A stretch of DNA of 35,213 nucleotides from a virus (lineage: Duplodnaviria; Caudoviricetes): IMG/VR virus record IMGVR_UViG_3300014208_000091, positions 1 to 35,213 of that record; one strand, 5' to 3'. Below the pieces are notes generated by a model. It was not told the DNA's origin. It saw only the letters and a program-made list of their open reading frames with translations, and did not search any database. A program made the position numbers and the translations under genes. Below, piece by piece: positions 1 through 8,858 of the stretch; the first letter of the stretch is position 1; the number at the start of each line of letters is the position of its first letter.

Positions 1-43
1 AGCTAAAAAGCAAATTAAATGAACTTGTCGAGAGGAAGTAAAA

Positions 44-307
44 ATGGATTTGCGTAAACTTGAATCAGGAAAGTGGACAATGAATAAATTAAATGCAATG
101 ATGTTATTATTTTTATGTTTTGGAATCATATTTGCTAGCATTATAGTTGCACTTACTGATAAAGAAGATTGTTCAAAAGTAACAGTACCAGAGACACTTA
201 CTATAAATAACATGACTTATGGTAAAGTAGTTGAGTCTCCGATAGATATACCAAGGATATATAATAATACAAAAAATAGCATGATGAAACATCATGGAGA
301 GGAATAA
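44..307 (+). CDS. Hypothetical membrane-anchored protein
   Basis: ORF with one hydrophobic segment (MMLLFLCFGIIFASIIVAL); GAGG upstream. Confidence 0.6.
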   Translation: MDLRKLESGKWTMNKLNAMMLLFLCFGIIFASIIVALTDKEDCSKVTVPETLTINNMTYGKVVESPIDIPRIYNNTKNSMMKHHGEE

Positions 308-308
308 A

Positions 309-428
309 ATGAAAAGGATACAAATGTGTGAAACATGCAAAAGAAAAACTAGACACAATCAGAAAGGTAAGTGTATTAATCACGAAACAAATAGAGATAA
401 AAAAGAATTTCCAAAGGTGACAAAATGA
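309..428 (+). CDS. Small Cys/His (possible Zn-finger) protein, 39 aa
   Basis: Read by eye: MKRIQMCETCKRKTRHNQKGKCINH...; GGAGG RBS; stop overlaps next ATG (ATGA). Confidence 0.5.
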   Translation: MKRIQMCETCKRKTRHNQKGKCINHETNRDKKEFPKVTK

Positions 429-1267
429 AAATTGACATTGGTGGTGGATTTAATCCAAAGGCAGGATTTGATAGTGTTGATAAATGTAGTGGTGCAAAAT
501 ATAATGTTAATTTTGAACACGAAAGATTACCATTTGCTGATGAATCAGTAGATGAAATATATACAGCACATACTTTTGAACACATAGAAAATTTAATTCA
601 TTTAATGAATGAGATTTGGAGAGTAATGAAATGGGGAGCAAAAATTGAAATAATTGTACCACACCATGAATGTACTCTTGCATTTCAAGACCCAACACAC
701 AAAAGATTTTTTAATTCACAAAGTATGAAATTTTTTGAAGGACAATACTTAAATAAATACCAACTTGCATATGGAATAACAGGTGCATTCATGGAAATAG
801 AAAATCATACTGTTACAAAAGATATAACTGTAAAAGGTGGTTTTGATTTACCATATTTTGTTGAACAAAGATTTGTTTTAATAAAAGATGAAACATATTA
901 TCAAGACCATATGCCATTTTATATGATAGAACCAGCAGAAAAACCAGAAGTATCAGGAAAAGAATTGCAAGAACAAAAGGTTGCAGATACATTTGCTGAT
1001 GAACTACAAAAATCTTGTGATTTATTCATAAAGAAAAATCACGATTATGGAAATGCTTACTTTTCTGGTAAACAACCATTAAATTTAATATTTAGTAACT
1101 TTACAAGAAAGTATGCAAGACTACAAGGATTTTATGAATCAAACAAGATATATACTGTTGGTGATGAGACAGTAGAAGATACTTTAAGAGACATGCTTGT
1201 TTACTCTGGCATGGAATTAACAAGACTAAGACTTGAAAAGGAGAAGAAAAAAGATGACACACAATAG
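425..1267 (+). CDS. Class I SAM-dependent methyltransferase fused to a C-terminal DUF1599/Nmad1 (MazG-like) domain
   Basis: N-term IDIGGG, LPFADESVDEI, HTFEH, EIWRVMK, QDPTH; C-term KKNHDYG...RKYARL...ETVEDTLRDMLVY. Confidence 0.75.
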   Translation: MKIDIGGGFNPKAGFDSVDKCSGAKYNVNFEHERLPFADESVDEIYTAHTFEHIENLIHLMNEIWRVMKWGAKIEIIVPHHECTLAFQDPTHKRFFNSQSMKFFEGQYLNKYQLAYGITGAFMEIENHTVTKDITVKGGFDLPYFVEQRFVLIKDETYYQDHMPFYMIEPAEKPEVSGKELQEQKVADTFADELQKSCDLFIKKNHDYGNAYFSGKQPLNLIFSNFTRKYARLQGFYESNKIYTVGDETVEDTLRDMLVYSGMELTRLRLEKEKKKDDTQ

Positions 1268-1625
1268 ATACTTTACATCAAAAGAGGAGTTTTATGAGAT
1301 TGATATGTTAAACAAATCTCTTGATGGAAAAGTTATATTGATGACAGATACGAATAAAAATGATTCAGCATTTTATCTTGCACATGTTCTTAGAAGTTTT
1401 GCACTAAGAACATATTGTGTAGACGAAACATATAAAATGATAAATGAGCCAGAAGGATTTCGTGTAATAGAAGATGGTAGAGTAATATTAATAAAAGGAA
1501 ATTTGAGAACAGAAAAAGATAAAATATATAAACTAATTGATAAAATAAATCCAGGAGAAAAAATAGATTTAGAGATAATAATTGGAGGTACACAAAATGA
1601 GCATTGTAGCAAGAGGAGAATTTAA
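1254..1625 (+). CDS. Hypothetical protein
   Basis: ORF in co-oriented array; start MTHNRY chosen because GGAG lies upstream. Confidence 0.6.
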   Translation: MTHNRYFTSKEEFYEIDMLNKSLDGKVILMTDTNKNDSAFYLAHVLRSFALRTYCVDETYKMINEPEGFRVIEDGRVILIKGNLRTEKDKIYKLIDKINPGEKIDLEIIIGGTQNEHCSKRRI

Positions 1626-1752
1626 GGGAAACAAGATGATTATCTTGAAGAAAGATGAGCAGGACAAATTTCCTTTCCAATTTGGAAAGAATAAAGCAAA
1701 GATGATTGTAGAAAATTTTGATGCAATAAAAGAATTTGCTGAAGAGGAATGA
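1597..1752 (+). CDS. Small protein, 51 aa, possibly PC4-like ssDNA-binding fold
   Basis: Not in ORF track: MSIVARGEFKGNKMIILKKDEQDKFPFQFGKNKAKMIVENFDAIKEFAEEE; GGAGGT RBS at 1584; strands followed by a helix. Confidence 0.55.
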   Translation: MSIVARGEFKGNKMIILKKDEQDKFPFQFGKNKAKMIVENFDAIKEFAEEE

Positions 1753-2063
1753 TTGATATGAAAATAATAGAATCTGAGCACAAAAAGATTTCGTCTGAAA
1801 TAATTTCTATCATAGAAAAGTTTGAGATTGAAATGCCAAAATATAAACTTATTGTAGACACAGAGGTAGCTGATTGGATTGATGTTGTTTTTACAATTGC
1901 TGATAGGAAATGGTTTTTTAGTAGAAGTGAAATTGACATATGTTGTGAAGAAGGTGATTGGGTAATTAGAGAAGTTTCAAAAGAAGATATTGAATATTTT
2001 AAACAGCAAATTGAATATCTTGAAAAGCTATTAAAGAAAAAAATTACTGTATTTGTGGAGTAA
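1749..2063 (+). CDS. Hypothetical protein
   Basis: ORF coupled to neighbours; no recognisable motif. Confidence 0.55.
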   Translation: MIDMKIIESEHKKISSEIISIIEKFEIEMPKYKLIVDTEVADWIDVVFTIADRKWFFSRSEIDICCEEGDWVIREVSKEDIEYFKQQIEYLEKLLKKKITVFVE

Positions 2064-2066
2064 ATT

Positions 2067-5000
2067 ATGACAGCAGCAGAAGATTTAGTAAAAGTAGCAA
2101 GGGAGCATCCCTTGTATGAAAATATCAGAACTACTAAAGGTAAGATAGTTATTGGTAGAGGAGAGAAAGAGTCGCCAGAATATTTATTTATAGGTGAATA
2201 TTTAGATAGAGAAGATAATATTGCTGGCAAGCCATTTTCTGGCAAAAATGGAAAGATTTTAAATGATTGGATAAAAGAATCAGGAATAAAAAGTTACACT
2301 GTCATAAATACGCTACCAATAATTCCTCTTGATTCAGAAAATTCAATAAGATTATTAACCCAAGAGGAAATAGAATATTTTAGACCATATATAAAAGCAT
2401 TAATTAAAGAAATAAAACCAAAAAGAATAATCTGTCTTGGCAAATCAGTAGCAAAATTTATTGAAAAAGAAAAAGAGTTTAAAAATAAGCAATGGTCTGG
2501 TAGAATAGGTTATATATATACTACCAGTTTTTTTATAAAAAATGGCAAAGATGGTATTACTGATTTCGCTGAATTAATAAAGAATGCACCACAACCAAAA
2601 CAGAAAGAAGTAGAAAAAGGATTATTTAAAAATGAAGTTGAATTTAAAAATATGCCATCAGAAGAAGCAGTAAAAAAATTTATCAGCATGATTGGAGGAA
2701 ATTTTATTGATAAAGATAGGTTTACTTATGGTGGTGAGAAATGGTTTGTTGATTATCATCCATTTGCTCATTCAGATGATATTATAATTCATGAAGATGA
2801 TGTTGCAAATTATGATAAATTTTTACTTGTTAAAACAGGTTCAGACAGAGTAAGAATTCCAGGATTTACAGATAGAGCAAAGCTTATATCAACACCTAAA
2901 AGAGATATTTATAGAAATGGAAAATATTATTATATAGTTCATGATACAAATGTAAATAGCTTAGTATCTTTACAAATTCCAGATACAGATAAAATTTTAA
3001 AAACAAATTTTTTAATCAATCAACAGAAGGCAGAAAATCTTGGTCATACTGAAATGATATCAGGAATACTTGCTGGATTACATTCATTTGCAAAGCAATC
3101 AGGAATATTTTTTAAAGACATAAATCAAAAGGATGAATGCATACTTGGTGAAAATAAAGTAAAGATATATACAAGAGATGCAATGTCAGATGAAGATATG
3201 CTTATTTATGATGAATATTATCAAAAGCATCCAGAAATTACATTATATGTTTGCTGTAAAATAAAAGCAGGAAATTATAATTATATAGGATATATTGATA
3301 AGGCAGTTGTAGACCAAACAAGAATTGTTCAAATGATTGGGTCTGATAGTAATTCTGCAAGTAATGATATAAGAAGAATATTTGCTGAACAATATAAAAA
3401 TTTATCAGATTTTATTAAAATATATGAGACAGAAAAAAAAGAAGAAGAAATAATAATACCACAATCATATGTTCCTCTACATGTTCATTGTGAATTCTCT
3501 ATTGGTGATGCATTTGGAACAACAAAATATCTTGCTGAAACTGCATATAAAAAAGGATTTAAAGCTATAACATTAACTGACCATGGTACATTGGCAGGAA
3601 CATGGGAATTCAAAAAAAATTGTCTTGAAAAAAATATTAAACCAATACTTGGGTGTGAAATATATATGAAGAGAGAAGGAGACGACAAGAGATATCATCT
3701 TGGAGTATTAGTTAAAAATGAACAAGGATGGAAAAATTTATTAAAACTTCATAGTATGGCTGTTCGTGATAATTTTTATTATAAACCAATAGTATTACTT
3801 GAAGACTTATTTAAATATAAAGAAGGTCTTATAATATTGTCTGGATGTACAAGCAGTCTTATTCACACTTTAATAAGAAATGATGAAATGAAAGAAGCAG
3901 ATGCTTTAATAAAAAGATTTAAAGACGAGTTTGGTGATGATTTTTATGCTGAAATGCAAGTACATAACATAATAGAAACAAGGAATCAAGAAGTACTTAA
4001 AATATTATTTGATAGAGCAAATCATTTTGGAATAAAATCGGTAATCACAACAGACAGCCATTATCCAAAGGCTGAAGATAAAGAATTTCATGATGCAATA
4101 AAAGCAATTGATACAAAGAAGCCATATGGTACTGCAGGATATGGTGATGACTGCTTTTATTTAATGGAGGATAAAGACATAGAGCAAAGAATACCAGAAA
4201 CTGATTGGAAATTTTTGCATTATAAAGATTTTATGAAAAATACTTTTGAAGTCTCTGACAAATGTAATTTTCAGATTAAAAATTCTGGAGAAAAAGATAC
4301 ATTACCAAAAATAGATTTTGGAAACATATCAAGAGCAGATATGCTTAAGAAGATGGCAATTGAAGGACTTGAAAAAAATACTCCATATAAATATGATGGA
4401 AAAATAAAGGAAAGACTTGACCTTGAACTTAATAGATTTATTGCAAAAGGATATGAAAATTATTTTTTAATGGTTGCTGATATGATAAGATGGGCAAAAA
4501 CAAATGGTATATCAGTAGGTCCTTGCAGAGGAAGTGCTGGTGCAAGTCTTGCTGCATATGCACTAAATATTACAGAAGTTGACCCAATAGAACACGATTT
4601 ATTATTTGATAGATTTATTTCAGAAATAAGAAGAGATGCTCCAGATATTGATGTTGATTACATGGACATAAGAAAAGATGAAATGTACAAATATCTATGT
4701 GAGAAATATGGAAAAGAGCATTGTGCAAAAGTTGCAACATATGCAAGATTTCATCCTAAAGGAATATTAAGAGATGTTGGTAGGATATTTAAAATTCCAT
4801 TAAATGAAACTGAAAAAGTGTGTTCAATGGTATTAGAGAGAAGTGGAGGAGATGCAAGAGCATCATTTGGTTTGACAGATACATTTGCAGAATTTGCAGA
4901 AGCAAAAAATTATGTTGATAGATATCCACAGCCAGCAAAAATTGCAATGGCACTTGAAGGACACATAAGACATAGAGGGATACATGCAGCAGCTGTTGTT

Positions 5001-6251
5001 GCTACTGAAAGAGAAATTTCAAGTTATCTACCAATAACAAAGATTGGAGGAGAAATAGCAACAGAATGGGAAAAACAATTATGTGAAGATATTGGATTAA
5101 TTAAATTTGATATCTTAGGATTACAGACACTTACAATAATTAAAGATTGCATTGATAGTGCAGGAATAAAATTACCTACAAATTTCAATGATGAAGTGGT
5201 ATATAAGAATGTATTTTGGAAAGGCAATACAGTTGGAATATTTCAATTTTCAACTGTTGGTATGACAAAGTTTTCACAATCATTAAATGTTGAAACATTC
5301 AATGATTTGTACGATGCCACAACTTTATTCCGTCCAGGAGCACTACACTGTGTAGATGGACAAACAGCAATTAAAACCGAGAAAGGAGAAATAAAAATAA
5401 AAGATTTATTTTATCAGCAACAGCATAATCAAAAATTGCCAAATATATTTGATGGTAAAGGAAATTTATCAAAAGCAAAGAAGATACACAATAATGGAGA
5501 GCAGGAATGTTTTGAACTTATTATTGATTATGGAACATCTAAGAAAAATGGAAGGAAAATAATATGTACAGATAGACATAGATTTTTTACAAAAGATGGA
5601 TGGAAAATGTTATCTGAATTAAAAGAAGGAGATAAGATATTTACAGTAAAGATTGTAAGAGGATATAAAAAAGGACATGATGCTTGGTCAAAAGGTTTAA
5701 GTGCTGATACTGATTATAGAGTAAAAAGAATTGCAGAAGCAAGTAAAAATAGAATACCACCAAATAAAGGAAAAAAGATGAATTTTACACCAGATACAAG
5801 AAAAATGCTTGGAGATAGGTTAAAAACTGTTGGTATTTTTACAAGATATAAAAAAGGAAGTAAACCACACAATAAAGGAGCAATAGGGTGGGGAGCAAAA
5901 TTGCATGAAAAATATCCAGATAGTCATCCAAACTATATACTAAATAAAAATGGTAGAATATCTTACAAACAAAAAGAAATGTTCAATGAAATTTTAAAAT
6001 ACTTTCCTGATGCAGTATTGAATTTAAGAATAAAAACAAAAAATAGTTTTAGATTTTTAGATGTTGCTGTTCCAAGTAAGATGTATGATTTCGAATATGA
6101 TGGAGAATTTTGGCATAAACCAACAGATAAGAATATTGCAGAAGAGGATAGAAGAAATAAAGAATTAAATGCACTTGGATGGAGATGTTTTCATATTACT
6201 AAAAATAATTGGAATGAATTTATAAGAGGTCTTAAAGATGGATTTTATTGA
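2067..6251 (+). CDS. dnaE: DNA polymerase III alpha (family C), N-terminal part: UDG-like domain, two unknown domains, PHP, catalytic core, split-intein N half with endonuclease
   Basis: PHP motifs LHVH, TDHG, GCE, SGC, TDSHY; GPCRGSAGASLAAYAL; FDRFIS; PDIDVD; GIHAAAV; KFDILGL; LFRPG followed by intein Cys1. Confidence 0.95.
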   Translation: MTAAEDLVKVAREHPLYENIRTTKGKIVIGRGEKESPEYLFIGEYLDREDNIAGKPFSGKNGKILNDWIKESGIKSYTVINTLPIIPLDSENSIRLLTQEEIEYFRPYIKALIKEIKPKRIICLGKSVAKFIEKEKEFKNKQWSGRIGYIYTTSFFIKNGKDGITDFAELIKNAPQPKQKEVEKGLFKNEVEFKNMPSEEAVKKFISMIGGNFIDKDRFTYGGEKWFVDYHPFAHSDDIIIHEDDVANYDKFLLVKTGSDRVRIPGFTDRAKLISTPKRDIYRNGKYYYIVHDTNVNSLVSLQIPDTDKILKTNFLINQQKAENLGHTEMISGILAGLHSFAKQSGIFFKDINQKDECILGENKVKIYTRDAMSDEDMLIYDEYYQKHPEITLYVCCKIKAGNYNYIGYIDKAVVDQTRIVQMIGSDSNSASNDIRRIFAEQYKNLSDFIKIYETEKKEEEIIIPQSYVPLHVHCEFSIGDAFGTTKYLAETAYKKGFKAITLTDHGTLAGTWEFKKNCLEKNIKPILGCEIYMKREGDDKRYHLGVLVKNEQGWKNLLKLHSMAVRDNFYYKPIVLLEDLFKYKEGLIILSGCTSSLIHTLIRNDEMKEADALIKRFKDEFGDDFYAEMQVHNIIETRNQEVLKILFDRANHFGIKSVITTDSHYPKAEDKEFHDAIKAIDTKKPYGTAGYGDDCFYLMEDKDIEQRIPETDWKFLHYKDFMKNTFEVSDKCNFQIKNSGEKDTLPKIDFGNISRADMLKKMAIEGLEKNTPYKYDGKIKERLDLELNRFIAKGYENYFLMVADMIRWAKTNGISVGPCRGSAGASLAAYALNITEVDPIEHDLLFDRFISEIRRDAPDIDVDYMDIRKDEMYKYLCEKYGKEHCAKVATYARFHPKGILRDVGRIFKIPLNETEKVCSMVLERSGGDARASFGLTDTFAEFAEAKNYVDRYPQPAKIAMALEGHIRHRGIHAAAVVATEREISSYLPITKIGGEIATEWEKQLCEDIGLIKFDILGLQTLTIIKDCIDSAGIKLPTNFNDEVVYKNVFWKGNTVGIFQFSTVGMTKFSQSLNVETFNDLYDATTLFRPGALHCVDGQTAIKTEKGEIKIKDLFYQQQHNQKLPNIFDGKGNLSKAKKIHNNGEQECFELIIDYGTSKKNGRKIICTDRHRFFTKDGWKMLSELKEGDKIFTVKIVRGYKKGHDAWSKGLSADTDYRVKRIAEASKNRIPPNKGKKMNFTPDTRKMLGDRLKTVGIFTRYKKGSKPHNKGAIGWGAKLHEKYPDSHPNYILNKNGRISYKQKEMFNEILKYFPDAVLNLRIKTKNSFRFLDVAVPSKMYDFEYDGEFWHKPTDKNIAEEDRRNKELNALGWRCFHITKNNWNEFIRGLKDGFY
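5349..6251 (+). mobile_element. Split intein N-fragment (~100 aa HINT) fused to NUMOD3-like repeats and a Vsr/DUF559-like endonuclease
   Basis: Block A CVDGQTAI, block B CTDRHRF (TxxH), GW...L.EGD; then AWSKG/PPNKG/PHNKG and LDVA...EYDGEFWH...DRRN..L...GW. Confidence 0.9.
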
Positions 6252-6357
6252 AGCAGAAATAAAAAGCATTAAACCGATTGGTAAGAGAAAGACATATGAT
6301 ATTACTATGGCTAATGATGAGCCATCATATATTGCAAATAATATAGTTGTACACAAT
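6238..6357 (+). mobile_element. Split intein C-fragment (40 aa), +1 residue Ser
   Basis: Blocks F/G: TYDITMANDEPSYIANNIVVHN, then S at 6358-6360. Confidence 0.9.
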
Positions 6358-7785
6358 TCAGGACAGTCTCAAATGTATTCAAATAGAAAAAGTGGTAAAG
6401 AAAAAATAGATTATATGCATCCAACTCTTGAACCAATAACAAGAGCAACAAAAGGAATTATTTTATATCAAGAACAAATAATGCAGATTATGAATCAGGT
6501 TGGTGGTATGTCATGGGCAACTGCTGAAATGGCAAGAAAAGCAATTACAAAGTCAAAAGGAAAAGATGCTTTTAATAAAATGAGAGATGAATTTGTAAAG
6601 AATGCAAATAAATTACATGATATGCCAACTGAAGAAGCAGAAAGATTATATGATGTTGTTTCAACTTTTGGTTCATACTCATTCAACAAAAGTCATGCTG
6701 TTGGATATTCACAAATTTCATATTGGTGTGCATATTTAAAAACATATTATCCTAAGCATTTTTATAAAGCATTATTAAAATATGAAAATGATGATACTAC
6801 AAGACAAGATATCATACAAGAAGCAAAAAACAATAATATTGATATTGAGTATCCTGATATAAATAAATCAGATTATTCATATGAATTGTTTGGAGAAAAA
6901 ATTTTTGCAGGATTGAATGTTGTTAGTGGAATTGGTGTAAAGGTTGCTGCAAAAATTATAAAATCAAGACCATATGTAAGTGTTGCTGATTTTAAAAAAA
7001 GATGCAAAGTATCAGAAAAATTATTTCAAGGATTAGTTGTTGCTGATGCATTTAGAGAATTTAAAATAAATAAGCAAGCAGAATATATGAATAAACCAGA
7101 AATAAAAGAAGATTTTGACAATGTTACATGGGCAAAACTTATTTTTGAGCATACAACACTTAAACCAAAGATAGATATTTTTCATACTTTTGATTTTGGT
7201 GATTATCCATTCCTTGATATTAAAACACTTGATGATAAAGTTGGAGGAACACATCAATTTTTAAGAGGAATAATTACAGGAACAATAAATAAAGATAAGC
7301 TTATAAGACCAGAAGTTGCAAAACATATACATAAATTTCAGAGACACATGATATATTTGAATTTAAATGATGGTACAGGTAATATTGCTTGTCAAGTTAA
7401 TCCTGCAACTTATGAATTATATCAAAAAGAAATTCAGTTTGTAGAGAATCAGCCAGTTATTGTTTTTGGAACACTTAGCAAAGATGGCAGGAAAATGTAT
7501 GCTGACATGATTCAAATTATTGATGGAGCTCATAAAACAGATGGAATAGATAAAGTTTTTAAAGGCATTGGTGCATTAACTACAAGAGAAGTATATATAG
7601 TGTCTGCTCAACCAGCAGTAAGTAAAAAAGGAAAAAGCTATTATAGACTTGTTTTTCATAATAAAGTTGAAGGATTGTTATTTAAACTTACAAGGAAAAT
7701 ATATCCTGGAATGAAAGTTACATTTTCAATAACACAGCCACCATTTATTGAAAGACTTACAATAATAGAGGATAATAGAGAATGA
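6238..7785 (+). CDS. dnaE: DNA polymerase III alpha C-terminal part, preceded by a 40-aa split-intein C half
   Basis: TYDITM...YIANNIVVHN|S; then GIILYQEQIMQ, YSFNKSHAVGY, YLKTYYP, PDINKS, HhH (VSGIG), OB fold (LNDGTG); own GAGGT RBS at 6226-6230. Confidence 0.93.
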   Translation: MDFIEAEIKSIKPIGKRKTYDITMANDEPSYIANNIVVHNSGQSQMYSNRKSGKEKIDYMHPTLEPITRATKGIILYQEQIMQIMNQVGGMSWATAEMARKAITKSKGKDAFNKMRDEFVKNANKLHDMPTEEAERLYDVVSTFGSYSFNKSHAVGYSQISYWCAYLKTYYPKHFYKALLKYENDDTTRQDIIQEAKNNNIDIEYPDINKSDYSYELFGEKIFAGLNVVSGIGVKVAAKIIKSRPYVSVADFKKRCKVSEKLFQGLVVADAFREFKINKQAEYMNKPEIKEDFDNVTWAKLIFEHTTLKPKIDIFHTFDFGDYPFLDIKTLDDKVGGTHQFLRGIITGTINKDKLIRPEVAKHIHKFQRHMIYLNLNDGTGNIACQVNPATYELYQKEIQFVENQPVIVFGTLSKDGRKMYADMIQIIDGAHKTDGIDKVFKGIGALTTREVYIVSAQPAVSKKGKSYYRLVFHNKVEGLLFKLTRKIYPGMKVTFSITQPPFIERLTIIEDNRE

Positions 7786-8435
7786 AATTTTTGATAAAGC
7801 ACAGTGAGTCTGATTCAGAATTTATTGAAGAATTTGAATCAGAAGAAGCAGCATATGAAGCATATCAAGACATTGATGTTACGATTGAGAGGAAAAAAAT
7901 GGAAATGACAAAAGAACAAAAAAGAGAAAAAGTAATAGCATTGCTGCTTTCTACGAATAGAGAAGGAATGCAAGAATTGATAAATTGGATGAATGAAAAA
8001 GGATTTTTTACATCACCAGCAGCCATGTCACATCATTCAAATTATGATGGTGGATTAGTTGACCATAGCATTAACATATATAATACATATGTAAAACTTT
8101 GCAATGAATATAAACTTGAAGTTCCAAGAGAGACTAAAATAATTGCAGCATTTTGTCATGACTTGTGCAAGGTAGGATTATATATTGGAGAGAATGGAAG
8201 ATATGTATATAATAATTCTGTCGGTTCACAAGGACATGGAGTATTGTCATTAGTTATAACAAGAAGATTTTTGAAACTTACAGAACTTGAAGAAAAAATG
8301 ATTCAGTTTCACATGGGCATGTACACAAAAGATTCAAGTAGAAAAGACCTTGAAGATGCTTTTAATGATATAAAAGTAAAATTGTTTTATTTTGCAGATG
8401 AGATTGCATGTCACTTGATGGAAAAAATAAATTAG
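7782..8435 (+). CDS. HD-domain phosphohydrolase (YhaM-like)
   Basis: SPAA..HH...GGLVDHS, HDLCK, GHG, FHMG, FAD. Confidence 0.85.
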   Translation: MKFLIKHSESDSEFIEEFESEEAAYEAYQDIDVTIERKKMEMTKEQKREKVIALLLSTNREGMQELINWMNEKGFFTSPAAMSHHSNYDGGLVDHSINIYNTYVKLCNEYKLEVPRETKIIAAFCHDLCKVGLYIGENGRYVYNNSVGSQGHGVLSLVITRRFLKLTELEEKMIQFHMGMYTKDSSRKDLEDAFNDIKVKLFYFADEIACHLMEKIN

Positions 8436-8447
8436 GAGGAAAATAAA

Positions 8448-8858
8448 ATGAAATGGATAATACCAACAATATTGATTTTAGCTGTATTAATGACAGCATG
8501 TAGTAGTAAGGAACCAGCAGTTGTTCAGACAGTTGAACAGACTTCAACTGATAAATTATTATTGCCAGAAGATGCAAGTACAATGGTGAATTGTATGAAT
8601 GAAAAAGGAATGGTAATGTATGGAACAGAATGGTGTCCACACTGTCAAAGACAAAAAGCAATGTTTGGTGAAGCAATTGCAGAATTAGCATATGTTGACT
8701 GTGATAAAAATGCAGAATTATGTACTGCTGCTGGTGTAAAAGGTTATCCAACTTGGGTACTTGATGGACAATTATATGAAGGAGAACAAACTTGGAAACA
8801 AATAAAAGACTTAACAGGATGCACAGAACAACCACCAATAGGAAACGAAACACAATGA
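8448..8858 (+). CDS. Thioredoxin-fold lipoprotein (WCPHC)
   Basis: Signal peptide ending LMTAC; MYGTEWCPHC..QK..FG; C-x6-C; GYPTW cis-Pro loop, the pattern of VKOR-associated Trx domains. Confidence 0.85.
   Translation: MKWIIPTILILAVLMTACSSKEPAVVQTVEQTSTDKLLLPEDASTMVNCMNEKGMVMYGTEWCPHCQRQKAMFGEAIAELAYVDCDKNAELCTAAGVKGYPTWVLDGQLYEGEQTWKQIKDLTGCTEQPPIGNETQ

Noticed and set aside
1254-1625. Faint thymidylate-synthase-like pattern next to the DUF1599 fusion
   Set aside because: No catalytic Cys motif, no RSxD and no H-x-Y; the similarity cannot be supported by eye.
3385-3420. PIP-box-like QYKNLSDFI in the polymerase
   Set aside because: Gln spacing is off by one from Qxx(L/I/M)xxFF and the segment could simply end the preceding domain; too weak to call PCNA binding.
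6226-6251. Programmed frameshift or pseudogene explanation for the dnaE break
   Set aside because: No clear slippery sequence; the downstream frame is open only from 6226 and has its own RBS and ATG exactly at the IntC boundary; both halves are intact. A sequencing indel cannot be fully excluded without reads.
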